Shown here one piece after another: positions 45,315-54,605 of a stretch of DNA of 64,000 nt; within the stretch, counting starts at the first letter, position 1, and every line of letters begins with the position of its first letter. The DNA is taken from the NCBI GenBank assembly GCA_038727515.1, contig JAVYVS010000003.1:64001-128000 (forward strand), in the 5' to 3' direction. Under the pieces are notes generated by a model. The model did no database searches. It was not told where the DNA came from and was given only the letters and a program-made list of their open reading frames with translations. The position numbers and the translations under genes were made by a program. This DNA is from Candidatus Methanomethylicia archaeon (lineage in GTDB: Archaea > Thermoproteota > Methanomethylicia > Culexarchaeales > Culexarchaeaceae).

Positions 45315-46760
45315 CTAACCTTTAGCAACTGCTATGGGAATAAATCTCGCCACTAATGTTGCTATTCCAACGTTATGAGATACTTGAGCAACCCTATCGA
45401 TATCCTTATAAGCTTCAGGAGCTTCTTCAATTATTCCATCTCTACTTGCCGCTTTAACTAAGATTCCTTTACTACCTAGTTCTCTGATAATTTCATCAGC
45501 TTTAAACTGTTTTAGAGCTTGCGCACGACTAAGCATCCTGCCAGCGCCATGTGCCGTTGATCCAAAACTTATATCCATTGCCTTTGGCTGACCTAGTAAT
45601 AGGTATGATGCAGTACCCATTGATCCTGGAATTATTACGGGTTGCCCGATATTTCTATATTCTTGTGGAAGTTCTACATGTCCCGCTGGAAAAGCTCTAG
45701 TAGCCCCTTTTCTATGTACATATACTTTACGGGTAACATTATCAATTTTATGTTCTTCAAGTTTAGCTATATTATGTGCTACATCATATACTAGGGTCAT
45801 GCCTAAGGACTCAGCAGATTGTTTAAAAACTTGTTCAAAGGATTCTCTAACCCAATGTAATATTAGCTGTCTATTAGCCCATGCATAATTTGACGCACAA
45901 GCCATAGCTGCAAAATAATCTTCAGCCTCCCTACTCTTTGCAGGAGCATAAACAAGCTCTCTATCAGGAAATCTAAGGTTATATTTCCTTGCAGCTCTCT
46001 CCATAATCATTAGGTAATCAGAGCATACTTGATGACCAAGTCCACGTGAACCCGTATGTATCATTACTGTAACTTGTCCCTCCTCCATTATGTTAAAAGC
46101 TTTAGCCACTTTAGCATCATATATTTTATCAACGATTTGGATTTCTAAAAAATGATTACCACTACCTAAAGTTCCTAACTGGGGGGCTCCTCTAGATTTG
46201 GCTTTACTTGAAACTTTACTTGGATCTGCATTTTCTAAACAACCATTAGCTTCACAACGTTCTATATCACTTTTCCAACCATAACCATTATTCACAGCCC
46301 ATCGAGCTCCTTCCATTAAAACTTCATCAAGCTGAGATTGGGAAAGACGAATTTTACCTTCAGAACCCACTCCAGAGGGCACCATCCTAAAAATAGTATC
46401 AAGTAATTGTTGAACTTTATTCTTGACATCATTGTAATTTAAATTTGTACTAATCAACCTTACACCACAATTGATATCATAACCAACTCCACCAGGACTT
46501 AAAACACCATCTTCAGCATCAAATGCAGCAACACCACCTATTGGAAAACCATAACCCTCATGACCATCTGGTAAAACTATCGAAAATTTATATATTCCAG
46601 GTAATTTTGCAACATTAATACATTGTTCAAGGGTTCTATCTTCCTTCATTTTTTGAAGTAAATAATTATCGGCATAAATGATTCCTGGAACACGCATATT
46701 TACATCAGAATCCTTTGGTATAATCCACGTGTAATCATTAACTCGCTCAATTTTAACCAC
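45315..46760 (-). CDS. rtcB: tRNA-splicing ligase RtcB
   Basis: PDGHEGYGFPIGG, DINCG, GSGNHF, HRKGAT and HGAGR motifs. Confidence 0.97.
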   Translation of the reverse strand: MVKIERVNDYTWIIPKDSDVNMRVPGIIYADNYLLQKMKEDRTLEQCINVAKLPGIYKFSIVLPDGHEGYGFPIGGVAAFDAEDGVLSPGGVGYDINCGVRLISTNLNYNDVKNKVQQLLDTIFRMVPSGVGSEGKIRLSQSQLDEVLMEGARWAVNNGYGWKSDIERCEANGCLENADPSKVSSKAKSRGAPQLGTLGSGNHFLEIQIVDKIYDAKVAKAFNIMEEGQVTVMIHTGSRGLGHQVCSDYLMIMERAARKYNLRFPDRELVYAPAKSREAEDYFAAMACASNYAWANRQLILHWVRESFEQVFKQSAESLGMTLVYDVAHNIAKLEEHKIDNVTRKVYVHRKGATRAFPAGHVELPQEYRNIGQPVIIPGSMGTASYLLLGQPKAMDISFGSTAHGAGRMLSRAQALKQFKADEIIRELGSKGILVKAASRDGIIEEAPEAYKDIDRVAQVSHNVGIATLVARFIPIAVAKG

Positions 46761-46820
46761 GATCTCACCCAAACTTTATAATGCACTAATTAAGAAAAAC
46801 TTTTTGTATGAAAAACAGGG

Positions 46821-47261
46821 TTAAATATCTAAAATGAATTTTACAATAAAATTATTATCTTCATGTTTTATTTCCATCTGAGAGTATGTTACAGCCTTAA
46901 CTATTGTTCTGCGAACATGCTTAAATGGATTAAATTTCTCCCCAAGTGCAAAAGCTTCTAAGACATAATTCTCCTCATCAGTTTTACTAATATTATATAC
47001 ATGGAATTGTGAAAAAACGATATTTTCAACATCAAAAATATATAAGAGTTCTTCAAGCCAAGAATATAATAGGGAGTATAAGTCAAAACCATGAACAGAT
47101 ATATTCCTCTTAATATTAGGCTCAACTTTTGAAGTATCTGTAATAACTTCAAACATAGCTTTTGCTGCATATTCAAAACTCTCATTTAAACTTTTACCAA
47201 ATGCCATTATATATACGTCAGCTTTATGATCAAGAAAAGAAAACCCACCGGTTCCACACAT
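46821..47261 (-). CDS. Archease
   Basis: DHKAD, KAVTY and C-terminal LDI; adjacent to rtcB. Confidence 0.94.
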   Translation of the reverse strand: MCGTGGFSFLDHKADVYIMAFGKSLNESFEYAAKAMFEVITDTSKVEPNIKRNISVHGFDLYSLLYSWLEELLYIFDVENIVFSQFHVYNISKTDEENYVLEAFALGEKFNPFKHVRRTIVKAVTYSQMEIKHEDNNFIVKFILDI

Positions 47262-47335
47262 AATTTAACCGATATTTATTGAATAAAATACAACAATTTT
47301 TATTTTACTTAACACCATAAACTATAATGTAAGTT

Positions 47336-47442
47336 GCCGGGGTGGCTGAGCGGACCAAATAGTTTATGACTAGGTTAAAGCGCAGGCCTTGAGAGCCTGT
47401 GTCCCCTTAGGGGACTCGCGGGTTCAAATCCCGCCCCCGGCG
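47336..47442 (+). tRNA. tRNA-Ser(TGA) with 20-nt intron in the D-arm (~22/23; 47359-47378)
   Basis: CAGGC-CT-TGA-GA-GCCTG; insert ATAGTTTATGACTAGGTTAA forms a GACC/GGTT helix with AAA bulges. Confidence 0.9.
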
Positions 47443-47505
47443 TCATAATACTTATTGTGTTAAAAATGAAAAAACTTAATAAACTTTATAAGTGTATTAT
47501 GAGAT

Positions 47506-47840
47506 GGGGGTGGCGGCTAGGCGGGGTGCTCGGCCTACCCTTGCAGAGTTAAAAACTCTGCACCGCAAATGGTCGATATGGCGGGCCGAAGCCGATGTGA
47601 GGTGCCTCAATAAATGTTGGTGTTACACAGCCCAGCAATGAAGCCTTGTCCCGTGGGGTGCATGGAGGCAATAGACTCCTCGGAGGAGGAGTCGAATTGC
47701 CCTTACCAAGCGAACCGGGTTAGGCCAGGAATGGAGCAGCCCTAAGCTTGGACATGCACGTTCACGGGGTTACAGGGCTAAGTATGGTGTGTAAACACCG
47801 CATTTAGAGGGGCATCCAGCATCGGCGTGCCGCCACCCCT
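47506..47840 (+). ncRNA. ffs: Signal recognition particle (7S) RNA
   Basis: Terminal pairing GGGGTGGCGGC/GCCGCCACCCC; helix 6 GACTCCTC-GGAG-GAGGAGTC; helix 8 AGGCCA-GGAA-TGGAGCA; Alu loop-loop TCGGCC/GGTCGA. Confidence 0.93.
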
Positions 47841-47844
47841 CTGA

Positions 47845-48768
47845 TTATATCATATTTAAATGTTCTAGTAATTCACAAGCTCTGCATATATCTCTAGTTG
47901 TAGGTTCACCACAATGTTTACACCTATTAAGTTGAACATCTTCTATTGTAATTTTATCCACTAATTTTTCAAAGAATGAAACTATTGATGATTTTACATC
48001 ACCATGTTTTAATTCATAATCGTTTAAAAAAGATCTAAATTCACTTCTTAGTGAAAACTTTGAAAAGGGACATTCACTGGAATAAAGGTTGATTCCAGAA
48101 TAATATGCATATAGTGCAATCTCCCTTTCGGATACATATCTTAATGGTTTAACTCGTGGTATAAATCCTTCCTGTCTATATGATTCCATTTTAAAAGATC
48201 TTATTAACTTATCTAAATCTCCACGTAGAATATTCATTAATATTGTTTGCGCTTCATCATCAAGATTATGAGCAGTAGCAATTTTTGTTCCACCAATCTC
48301 TTTACTCTTTACATTTAGAATTTTCCTTCTTAAAACACCACAAAAAGTACAAGGATTATGCGGAGAACCATACCTTTTTGCTTTTTCAACTATTTCCATC
48401 AATGTATAACCATAAAAATCTTTGAAGGAAAACGTTAAATGTTCAATTCCATATTCATTTGAAAAGTTCTTTGAAATCTCTATACCCTCCTTACGATAAT
48501 CACATATACCTTCATCAATTGTTATTGCAGTTAATTTTACATTTGGAAAATTCTTTTCAATTTTTGAAACTATCTTCATCATAACAATACTATCTTTACC
48601 ACCAGAAACAGCCAAAACTATGTGATCATTCCAATCAAAGAGCTTCCTCTTATTTATAGTCCAACGAACTAAACCTTCCACATATTCTATAAAACAACTT
48701 TTACAATATGCAACCCCAGAGCTCCTCTTAAAATAAACAGCATTTCTACCACATTTTGAGCATTTCAT
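47845..48768 (-). CDS. tRNA 2-thiolation protein (TtuA/Ncs6, TIGR00269-like)
   Basis: N-terminal CxxC, PP-loop SGGKDS, CTFCGVLRR, AHNLDD and C-terminal Zn finger. Confidence 0.92.
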   Translation of the reverse strand: MKCSKCGRNAVYFKRSSGVAYCKSCFIEYVEGLVRWTINKRKLFDWNDHIVLAVSGGKDSIVMMKIVSKIEKNFPNVKLTAITIDEGICDYRKEGIEISKNFSNEYGIEHLTFSFKDFYGYTLMEIVEKAKRYGSPHNPCTFCGVLRRKILNVKSKEIGGTKIATAHNLDDEAQTILMNILRGDLDKLIRSFKMESYRQEGFIPRVKPLRYVSEREIALYAYYSGINLYSSECPFSKFSLRSEFRSFLNDYELKHGDVKSSIVSFFEKLVDKITIEDVQLNRCKHCGEPTTRDICRACELLEHLNMI

Positions 48769-48772
48769 ACGA

Positions 48773-49975
48773 TCACCTCAAAAATATTGAACCCATAAAT
48801 AGTGATTGAGAAATATTTAGAAGTAAGAAGGTTAAGGAAGTGAACTTCAAAATCTCAAGAATTAATTCACCAACACCAATTTCTCTCCCCTTAAAAAGAG
48901 CCTTTTTAGAATTAATTATTCTATTACGAAGAAGAACCTCAAAAAATCTACCACCATCAAAAAATGGTATTGGAAGCATATTTATAAATGCAGCACTCAA
49001 AGATATTACTTCAAACCAATTTAGAAAATTGTAATAATGATATGGAAATTCTGGAGTAAATATAAAAGGCATAATTTTAGGTGGATAATAATTAAAAACT
49101 CTAATGCCTAAAAAGACCTTTGATGGATTAATTGGATGAGCTCCTCCAACTATAATTAAATCACCACGAGCTGTATTCAATACAACAGTTGAATTTGCAG
49201 GAATATTACTAAGAACATTGGAAAAACTTAATGAATCATAAATTCTGACACCATTAATATAAAAGAGGATGTCACCATTTTTTACACCATATAAACTTGC
49301 AGGTGAACCATTAATAACTTCAACAACTATAACACCAGAAGATGAACCATAAAATGGAGATATTACAAAGGAAAAATTTGCAATCATAAAAAGAGATAAG
49401 ATTCCAGTTACAAGGTTTGCAGTAGATCCAGAGGATAAAATTCTTAGTTTAGAGATAAAACTAGCTGAATTCATATCATTTTCATCTAATTCAACAAATC
49501 CCCCACCAACAAAAACTGCCAAAAGGAGACCAACATTTTTAACTGTTAAATTTTCCGCAAAAGCTGCAATACCATGGGCAAACTCATGAAAAATAAATAC
49601 AAGTACTATGGAAATTATGAAATATGGCAGTGAATTCAAAGAAAATGTAATTCCAGGAATTAATGGAATAACAGGTTGAACCTCGCCAACCCTATAATAG
49701 TAGGAAATCAAATTTCCTAAGAGAAAGTTTAATGTAAAGAGAGTTTCACCAATAGCTAAAAAAATCCCTACAGTAAATACTATCTTCCAAAACCCTCTAA
49801 AACCCATTGCAATTTTAAAGAGTATGCTGTTAAGTCTTCTTGTTCTCCATAAAATGACTAAATAAGGTTTAAATTCTAATTGATAACGCTCCAACTTAAA
49901 TAGTTTATGTAAAATAAATAAGACAACCCAAAAGATGAATAAGTATATAAAGAAGGTTACCGCATCAGTATTCAT
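48773..49975 (-). CDS. Site-2 (M50) intramembrane metalloprotease with PDZ domain
   Basis: HEFAH, NMLPIPFFDGG and PDZ-like GSPA...GD. Confidence 0.92.
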   Translation of the reverse strand: MNTDAVTFFIYLFIFWVVLFILHKLFKLERYQLEFKPYLVILWRTRRLNSILFKIAMGFRGFWKIVFTVGIFLAIGETLFTLNFLLGNLISYYYRVGEVQPVIPLIPGITFSLNSLPYFIISIVLVFIFHEFAHGIAAFAENLTVKNVGLLLAVFVGGGFVELDENDMNSASFISKLRILSSGSTANLVTGILSLFMIANFSFVISPFYGSSSGVIVVEVINGSPASLYGVKNGDILFYINGVRIYDSLSFSNVLSNIPANSTVVLNTARGDLIIVGGAHPINPSKVFLGIRVFNYYPPKIMPFIFTPEFPYHYYNFLNWFEVISLSAAFINMLPIPFFDGGRFFEVLLRNRIINSKKALFKGREIGVGELILEILKFTSLTFLLLNISQSLFMGSIFLR

Positions 49976-50033
49976 ATCATCCCCAACCAACTAAAAACTT
50001 AACAGTAACTATAAAATAAATATTCTTAGAGAA

Positions 50034-50741
50034 ATGAGGGAGAAAGTGATTATAAAAGGAGATATAAGAAAGGTTGTATATAATCAGGAGCAATGGATTC
50101 TTTTTTCTAACTTAAGAAGTAGAGCAATTAAGATTATGGAAACATTGGAAAATAACGGTTTAAAGTGTGTAGTGCATGGAAGCATAGCAAGAGGTGATGT
50201 ACATAAGAAAAGCGATATAGACATATTAATTCCATATCCAATACCATCATATAAATTAGAAATCATAATTGAAGAAAACAATCTAACAGTTTTAAATAGA
50301 AAACTCGTACAAGCAACACCATCACATGTAATGAAAGCCCATATTGAATTACAAGACAATATAGTGCTAACATTTCCAATGATGGAAATGAGAAGGTTAG
50401 AAAGAGAATTTTATAAATTTGGAGGAGAAGCAGATCTAGAAGATTTAATCAATAACATAAGGAAACCAGGGGTCTCGAAAAAACTTTTATTGATAGAACC
50501 AATAGAAGAAGGACATATAGAATCCCCAGTGATTGGAAGAGAAGAATATGTTGCAGAAAAGGTTGGAGTATCAATAGACATCGTTAAAGAAAGAGAACGT
50601 GTACTATTAAGACGAGATAAAATTGGTAGAACAGGGGTATATTTTAAATATGCACTTAAACCAGATGAAACTTTTGAAGATATCTTCAAGAAAATATTGG
50701 ATAGAAATCCAGCAATAAGGAGAAGATCATTCAGGATTTAA
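50034..50741 (+). CDS. Nucleotidyltransferase (Pol-beta superfamily, COG2413-like)
   Basis: GSIARGDV..SDID motif; conserved RRDKIGRTG. Confidence 0.85.
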   Translation: MREKVIIKGDIRKVVYNQEQWILFSNLRSRAIKIMETLENNGLKCVVHGSIARGDVHKKSDIDILIPYPIPSYKLEIIIEENNLTVLNRKLVQATPSHVMKAHIELQDNIVLTFPMMEMRRLEREFYKFGGEADLEDLINNIRKPGVSKKLLLIEPIEEGHIESPVIGREEYVAEKVGVSIDIVKERERVLLRRDKIGRTGVYFKYALKPDETFEDIFKKILDRNPAIRRRSFRI

Positions 50742-50775
50742 ATATTTAACGCTAACGATAAAATAAAGGAGTGAG

Positions 50776-51042
50776 ATGAGTGCATTTTTCGTAATTATGA
50801 AACAGACTCTCGAAGACCGATTTAAAGACATAATATATAATTGGATCAAAAAAATTGAAGAAAATATAATATGGATTGTTTCAACAATAAAAGATGCTGC
50901 ATTAACTATAGGTAGAGCATCTTATTCCTCAATGATAATAATTGGAATAATACTTTGGTGTATGAACATACAGAAGTATTATGCAAAAAGATTAATTTAT
51001 GGTGGGGTTGCATTAGCCTTGATAATTGAAGTACTATCATAA
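50776..51042 (+). CDS. Small two-TM membrane protein
   Basis: 88 aa; two hydrophobic segments separated by KYYAKR; SD GGAGTGAG. Confidence 0.65.
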   Translation: MSAFFVIMKQTLEDRFKDIIYNWIKKIEENIIWIVSTIKDAALTIGRASYSSMIIIGIILWCMNIQKYYAKRLIYGGVALALIIEVLS

Positions 51043-51049
51043 AAATAAT

Positions 51050-51778
51050 TTAATTATCACTTTTATTGCATAATTTATTTAATTCAAGTAATATATGTCT
51101 AAAAACTCCCATTAAAGTGTAAGCTTCTCTACCTGAAATAAACGCTCTACCAATAACATGCTTAAAAATTATAAAGGCTCTTTCTTTACGATGAGAAGGT
51201 ATATTTAGAGTTTCTAAGATTTTACTGAAATATTCCAAAAGTTTTTCTTTTTCTATTCTAGAAGCTTCTCGAAAACCTTCTTGTCTTGAAGAAAGTTGTG
51301 ATGATGAAAGCTCATAAAGTATTATTGCAACTGCATGACTAAGATTTAATGATGGATACATCTTACTAGTAGGTATAGTCACTATTATATCACATAGTTT
51401 TAATTCTTCATTTTTAAGACCAATACTTTCTCTACCAAAAATTAGCCCTATATTACCCTTAACATCCTTCATCGATTCAACAAGCATTTTAGGGGTTATT
51501 GACATTCTTGCAACATTATAATCATGACCACTTTTACTTGTAGTGCCCACCATAAAATCTACGAAATCCTTAACTTCATATAAACTATTAAGAATCATTG
51601 CATTCTCAAGTACACTTTTTGCATGAACAGCATAAACATATGCTTCATTTAAATTACACTTAGGATTAACCAAAATAATATGTTTAAAATTGAAATTCAT
51701 TAAACTTCTTGCAATAAAACCAACATTAGCTGAATTTTCAGGTTCAACGAGTACAACATATATGTTTTCGTTAATCAT
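51050..51778 (-). CDS. trmJ: tRNA 2'-O-methyltransferase TrmJ family
   Basis: VEPENSANVG, FGRESIGL and SLNLSHAV motifs. Confidence 0.9.
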   Translation of the reverse strand: MINENIYVVLVEPENSANVGFIARSLMNFNFKHIILVNPKCNLNEAYVYAVHAKSVLENAMILNSLYEVKDFVDFMVGTTSKSGHDYNVARMSITPKMLVESMKDVKGNIGLIFGRESIGLKNEELKLCDIIVTIPTSKMYPSLNLSHAVAIILYELSSSQLSSRQEGFREASRIEKEKLLEYFSKILETLNIPSHRKERAFIIFKHVIGRAFISGREAYTLMGVFRHILLELNKLCNKSDN

Positions 51779-52419
51779 GCTAGAGTCACCTTAAAGAGAT
51801 ACAGCTTTTCATAAAAGAAACTTTTCTCAGAAATAATTGAAATTTTAAACCCCATATTGGTGAGTTTATCAATAGTTTTTTTGTGATCAGAAAGAGAAGA
51901 TTGTAAAAGAAGTACTTCGCCAGATGGTTTAAGTATATTTTTAAAGGTATCTAAAAATCTATCCAATAACAACCTACCATTAAATCCACCACACCACATC
52001 CTTAATTCTTCCTCATATACGTATTTATCAAAGTCATTCATAGGTAAGTATGGTGGATTAAAAGTTATTATATCAAATATTGGTTTAAATTTTATTGAAG
52101 TTATCAAATCTCCTCTAATTACAGAAACTTTTTGTTGAAGACCATTTAACTTTACATTATAAAAAGTATTTTTAGTAGCTAAACTACTTACATCAATAGC
52201 AATAACATGTTTACAAATCCTTGTTAACATCAAGGTTAATATACCACACCCACACCCGATATCAAGACCATATTCATATTCATTGTTAAGCGAATATAAA
52301 AAGTCAGCAATCATATAGCTATCATCAGATGGATAATAAACTCTTGGGAAGACTACTATTTTAAAACCGTAAAATACTATTGACTGGCTATTTTCAATAG
52401 TTTTTATACTATCAATAAT
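51775..52419 (-). CDS. HemK2/PrmC-like (release factor glutamine) methyltransferase, probable ATT start
   Basis: DIGCGCG and NPPY motifs; the VYYPSDDSY motif lies upstream of the first ATG (52314). Confidence 0.88.
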   Translation of the reverse strand: MIDSIKTIENSQSIVFYGFKIVVFPRVYYPSDDSYMIADFLYSLNNEYEYGLDIGCGCGILTLMLTRICKHVIAIDVSSLATKNTFYNVKLNGLQQKVSVIRGDLITSIKFKPIFDIITFNPPYLPMNDFDKYVYEEELRMWCGGFNGRLLLDRFLDTFKNILKPSGEVLLLQSSLSDHKKTIDKLTNMGFKISIISEKSFFYEKLYLFKVTLA

Positions 52420-53265
52420 TTAATCACCCCTCCTTAAAGTCTCTACATATTTATACACATATGAGGAAATCTCATATACATCATTTACGCTAAGATCAAT
52501 CACTCTTATTTCTTGAAGAGAAATTCCACTTAAAATTTTATTCCACATGTCTTTAGGAATCTTAATAACTTCAAAGAACTTAGGTAAAACGTTTTTTAAC
52601 TTTCTATTCCTTTGAGTGAAGATAAATCGTGTTAATTCCAAGAAAAATTCATCCAATGGATTTAAAGGAGTGCTTCTATTCATTGAGATACGTATTAGGG
52701 ATACGTCCACTTTAGGTGGTGGATAAAAACATACTCTAGGTACTTTATCTATAAACTCTATAGAGAAAAAGAAGTTTGAAGTAACACTTAACCTGCCATA
52801 ATCTCTTGAGCCAGGTTTAGCTAACATTCTATCTACAAATTCTTTTTGTAATGTTAAAACAGCCTTATTGAAATGATATTCCTTTGCTATCTTAAAAAGT
52901 AAAGGTGATGATATATTAAATGGAACATTTGAAATTATCTTATCTACATTAATTGGGCCTAATTTCATAATATCAGCCTGTATAATCTCTACATTATTAA
53001 AATCTTTCAGTAAACTTCTAAGTACATTCACAAGTTTCCCATCTATCTCAACAGCTATAACTTTTCTAGCTTTTTCAGCTATTCTTTTAGTTAAAAATCC
53101 AAGTCCAGCTCCAATTTCAAGTACGATGTCGCTACTTTCAATGTTTGCACAATCTATTATCTTAAAAATTAAATTTGAACATACAACGAAATTTTGACTT
53201 AATCTCTTTTTCGGTTTAATATCATACTGCTTTAATAACTTTCTAACTTCACTCAACAGATCCAT
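52420..53265 (-). CDS. rsmA: 16S rRNA dimethyladenosine transferase KsgA/Dim1
   Basis: KKRLSQNF, EIGAGLG, SNVPFNIS and PPPKVD motifs. Confidence 0.95.
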   Translation of the reverse strand: MDLLSEVRKLLKQYDIKPKKRLSQNFVVCSNLIFKIIDCANIESSDIVLEIGAGLGFLTKRIAEKARKVIAVEIDGKLVNVLRSLLKDFNNVEIIQADIMKLGPINVDKIISNVPFNISSPLLFKIAKEYHFNKAVLTLQKEFVDRMLAKPGSRDYGRLSVTSNFFFSIEFIDKVPRVCFYPPPKVDVSLIRISMNRSTPLNPLDEFFLELTRFIFTQRNRKLKNVLPKFFEVIKIPKDMWNKILSGISLQEIRVIDLSVNDVYEISSYVYKYVETLRRGD

Positions 53266-53270
53266 ATAAA

Positions 53271-53852
53271 CTAACCTTTAACAAACAGCTTATACTTGTC
53301 TTCCCCCATCAATTCAGATATTATCCGCTTAATTATTAATTTCTTTGGATCGGATATTTTAGTTCTTGCACGAATATCATCAAAGCTCTCAAATGGTTTA
53401 GATCTTCTTTCTTGAAGTATAACCCATAAATGTTTTTTGCCAATTCCGGGTAAGAGTTGTAGTGAATGCATCCTAGTTGTCAAGGCACCAGCACTATTAA
53501 AGAAATCAACAAACTTCTTTTCCTTTTGTGAAACTATAATTTCTAACACATTTGGTAATTCATCTTTAGCTGTAACAGTTAAATCATTGTAAGTTATCTT
53601 ACGTTTAATTCGTAAAATTTTGTCTCTTACACCTTTACCGATATAAACTAGTTCTCTCAGTGCTAAGTGTACATCAGGTCTTACAATAACTTCTAAAAGA
53701 ACAAAATAGTTGATTCCTATAACCTGAGCGAGAGGTTCGCTTTTAAATAATGTCTTCTCAGCAAGAGGATGCCCATATGGTAAAAAATCTAATACATATG
53801 CATAATCTTCATAAATTATGCTTTCAATTCTATCTTTTTTTATAGAAGCCAT
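53271..53852 (-). CDS. DUF655 putative RNA-binding protein
   Basis: EDYAYVLDFLPYG and HSLQLLPGIGKK; conserved between rpoF and ksgA. Confidence 0.9.
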   Translation of the reverse strand: MASIKKDRIESIIYEDYAYVLDFLPYGHPLAEKTLFKSEPLAQVIGINYFVLLEVIVRPDVHLALRELVYIGKGVRDKILRIKRKITYNDLTVTAKDELPNVLEIIVSQKEKKFVDFFNSAGALTTRMHSLQLLPGIGKKHLWVILQERRSKPFESFDDIRARTKISDPKKLIIKRIISELMGEDKYKLFVKG

Positions 53853-53886
53853 TAAAAACACCTAAGATAAAATAATTGAATTGAAA

Positions 53887-54225
53887 CTAATAGAACCTTT
53901 TTATAACTTCTAACATTTCCTGTAATTCTGATGTTAAGAAGATGCGTCCTTCTGTTAGAAGTAAAATTCTTAATTCTTCTATACTTCTTGGGAGTATATT
54001 AACTATTTGAACAGCTGAGAAACGGGATATATTAAAATCTTTAGTTAATTTTTCTATTAAAGCTTCAGCACGTTGAGGATCAATCTTTGAAAATTTTGAT
54101 GAAACATCTAAAGTTAAATTTTGTAAAGCAGAAAGTTCACCACTTTCCTTTCTCTTCTGAAGAAAATCTCTAACAATTGTATAAGGTACTTCTATTTTTT
54201 CAATAATTTTCCTTGAAATAAACAC
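53887..54225 (-). CDS. rpoF: RNA polymerase subunit F (Rpo4); start GTG 54225 or ATT 54219
   Basis: KFSKIDP and QIVNILPRSIEELR motifs; follows rpl21e. Confidence 0.92.
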   Translation of the reverse strand: MFISRKIIEKIEVPYTIVRDFLQKRKESGELSALQNLTLDVSSKFSKIDPQRAEALIEKLTKDFNISRFSAVQIVNILPRSIEELRILLLTEGRIFLTSELQEMLEVIKRFY

Positions 54226-54244
54226 ACCCCCTAAACATGAAATA

Positions 54245-54541
54245 TTATGTAATTAAAGGTTTTATGTGTTGTGGCCGAATTATGAGAGTTTTTTCTTTAT
54301 TCCCAAGATAAACTTTAATGATATATGCTCTACCTCTGCGACCCACTATTTCACCTATTTTACCATGATAACGTCTATGAGGCATCCCCTTGTGCATACT
54401 TGGATCAATATCTATGACGACTTTTTCTCCTTCCTTATATGGATAAATTACTCTACTTAATGGTGTAACTCCTCTTTCACGAATACCTTTACGTAATAGT
54501 TTTCGAGTTCTACTTCTATAACCAACGGAATGCTTTACCAA
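54245..54541 (-). CDS. rpl21e: 50S ribosomal protein L21e
   Basis: GYRSRTRKLL and KGMPHRRYHG motifs; TTG start after AGGTGA. Confidence 0.96.
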   Translation of the reverse strand: MVKHSVGYRSRTRKLLRKGIRERGVTPLSRVIYPYKEGEKVVIDIDPSMHKGMPHRRYHGKIGEIVGRRGRAYIIKVYLGNKEKTLIIRPQHIKPLIT

Positions 54542-54605
54542 TTCTTCTTCACCTAATAGCGCATTATTACAATAGTTTATATGTAGAGTGCCTAATAAAT
54601 ATTCG

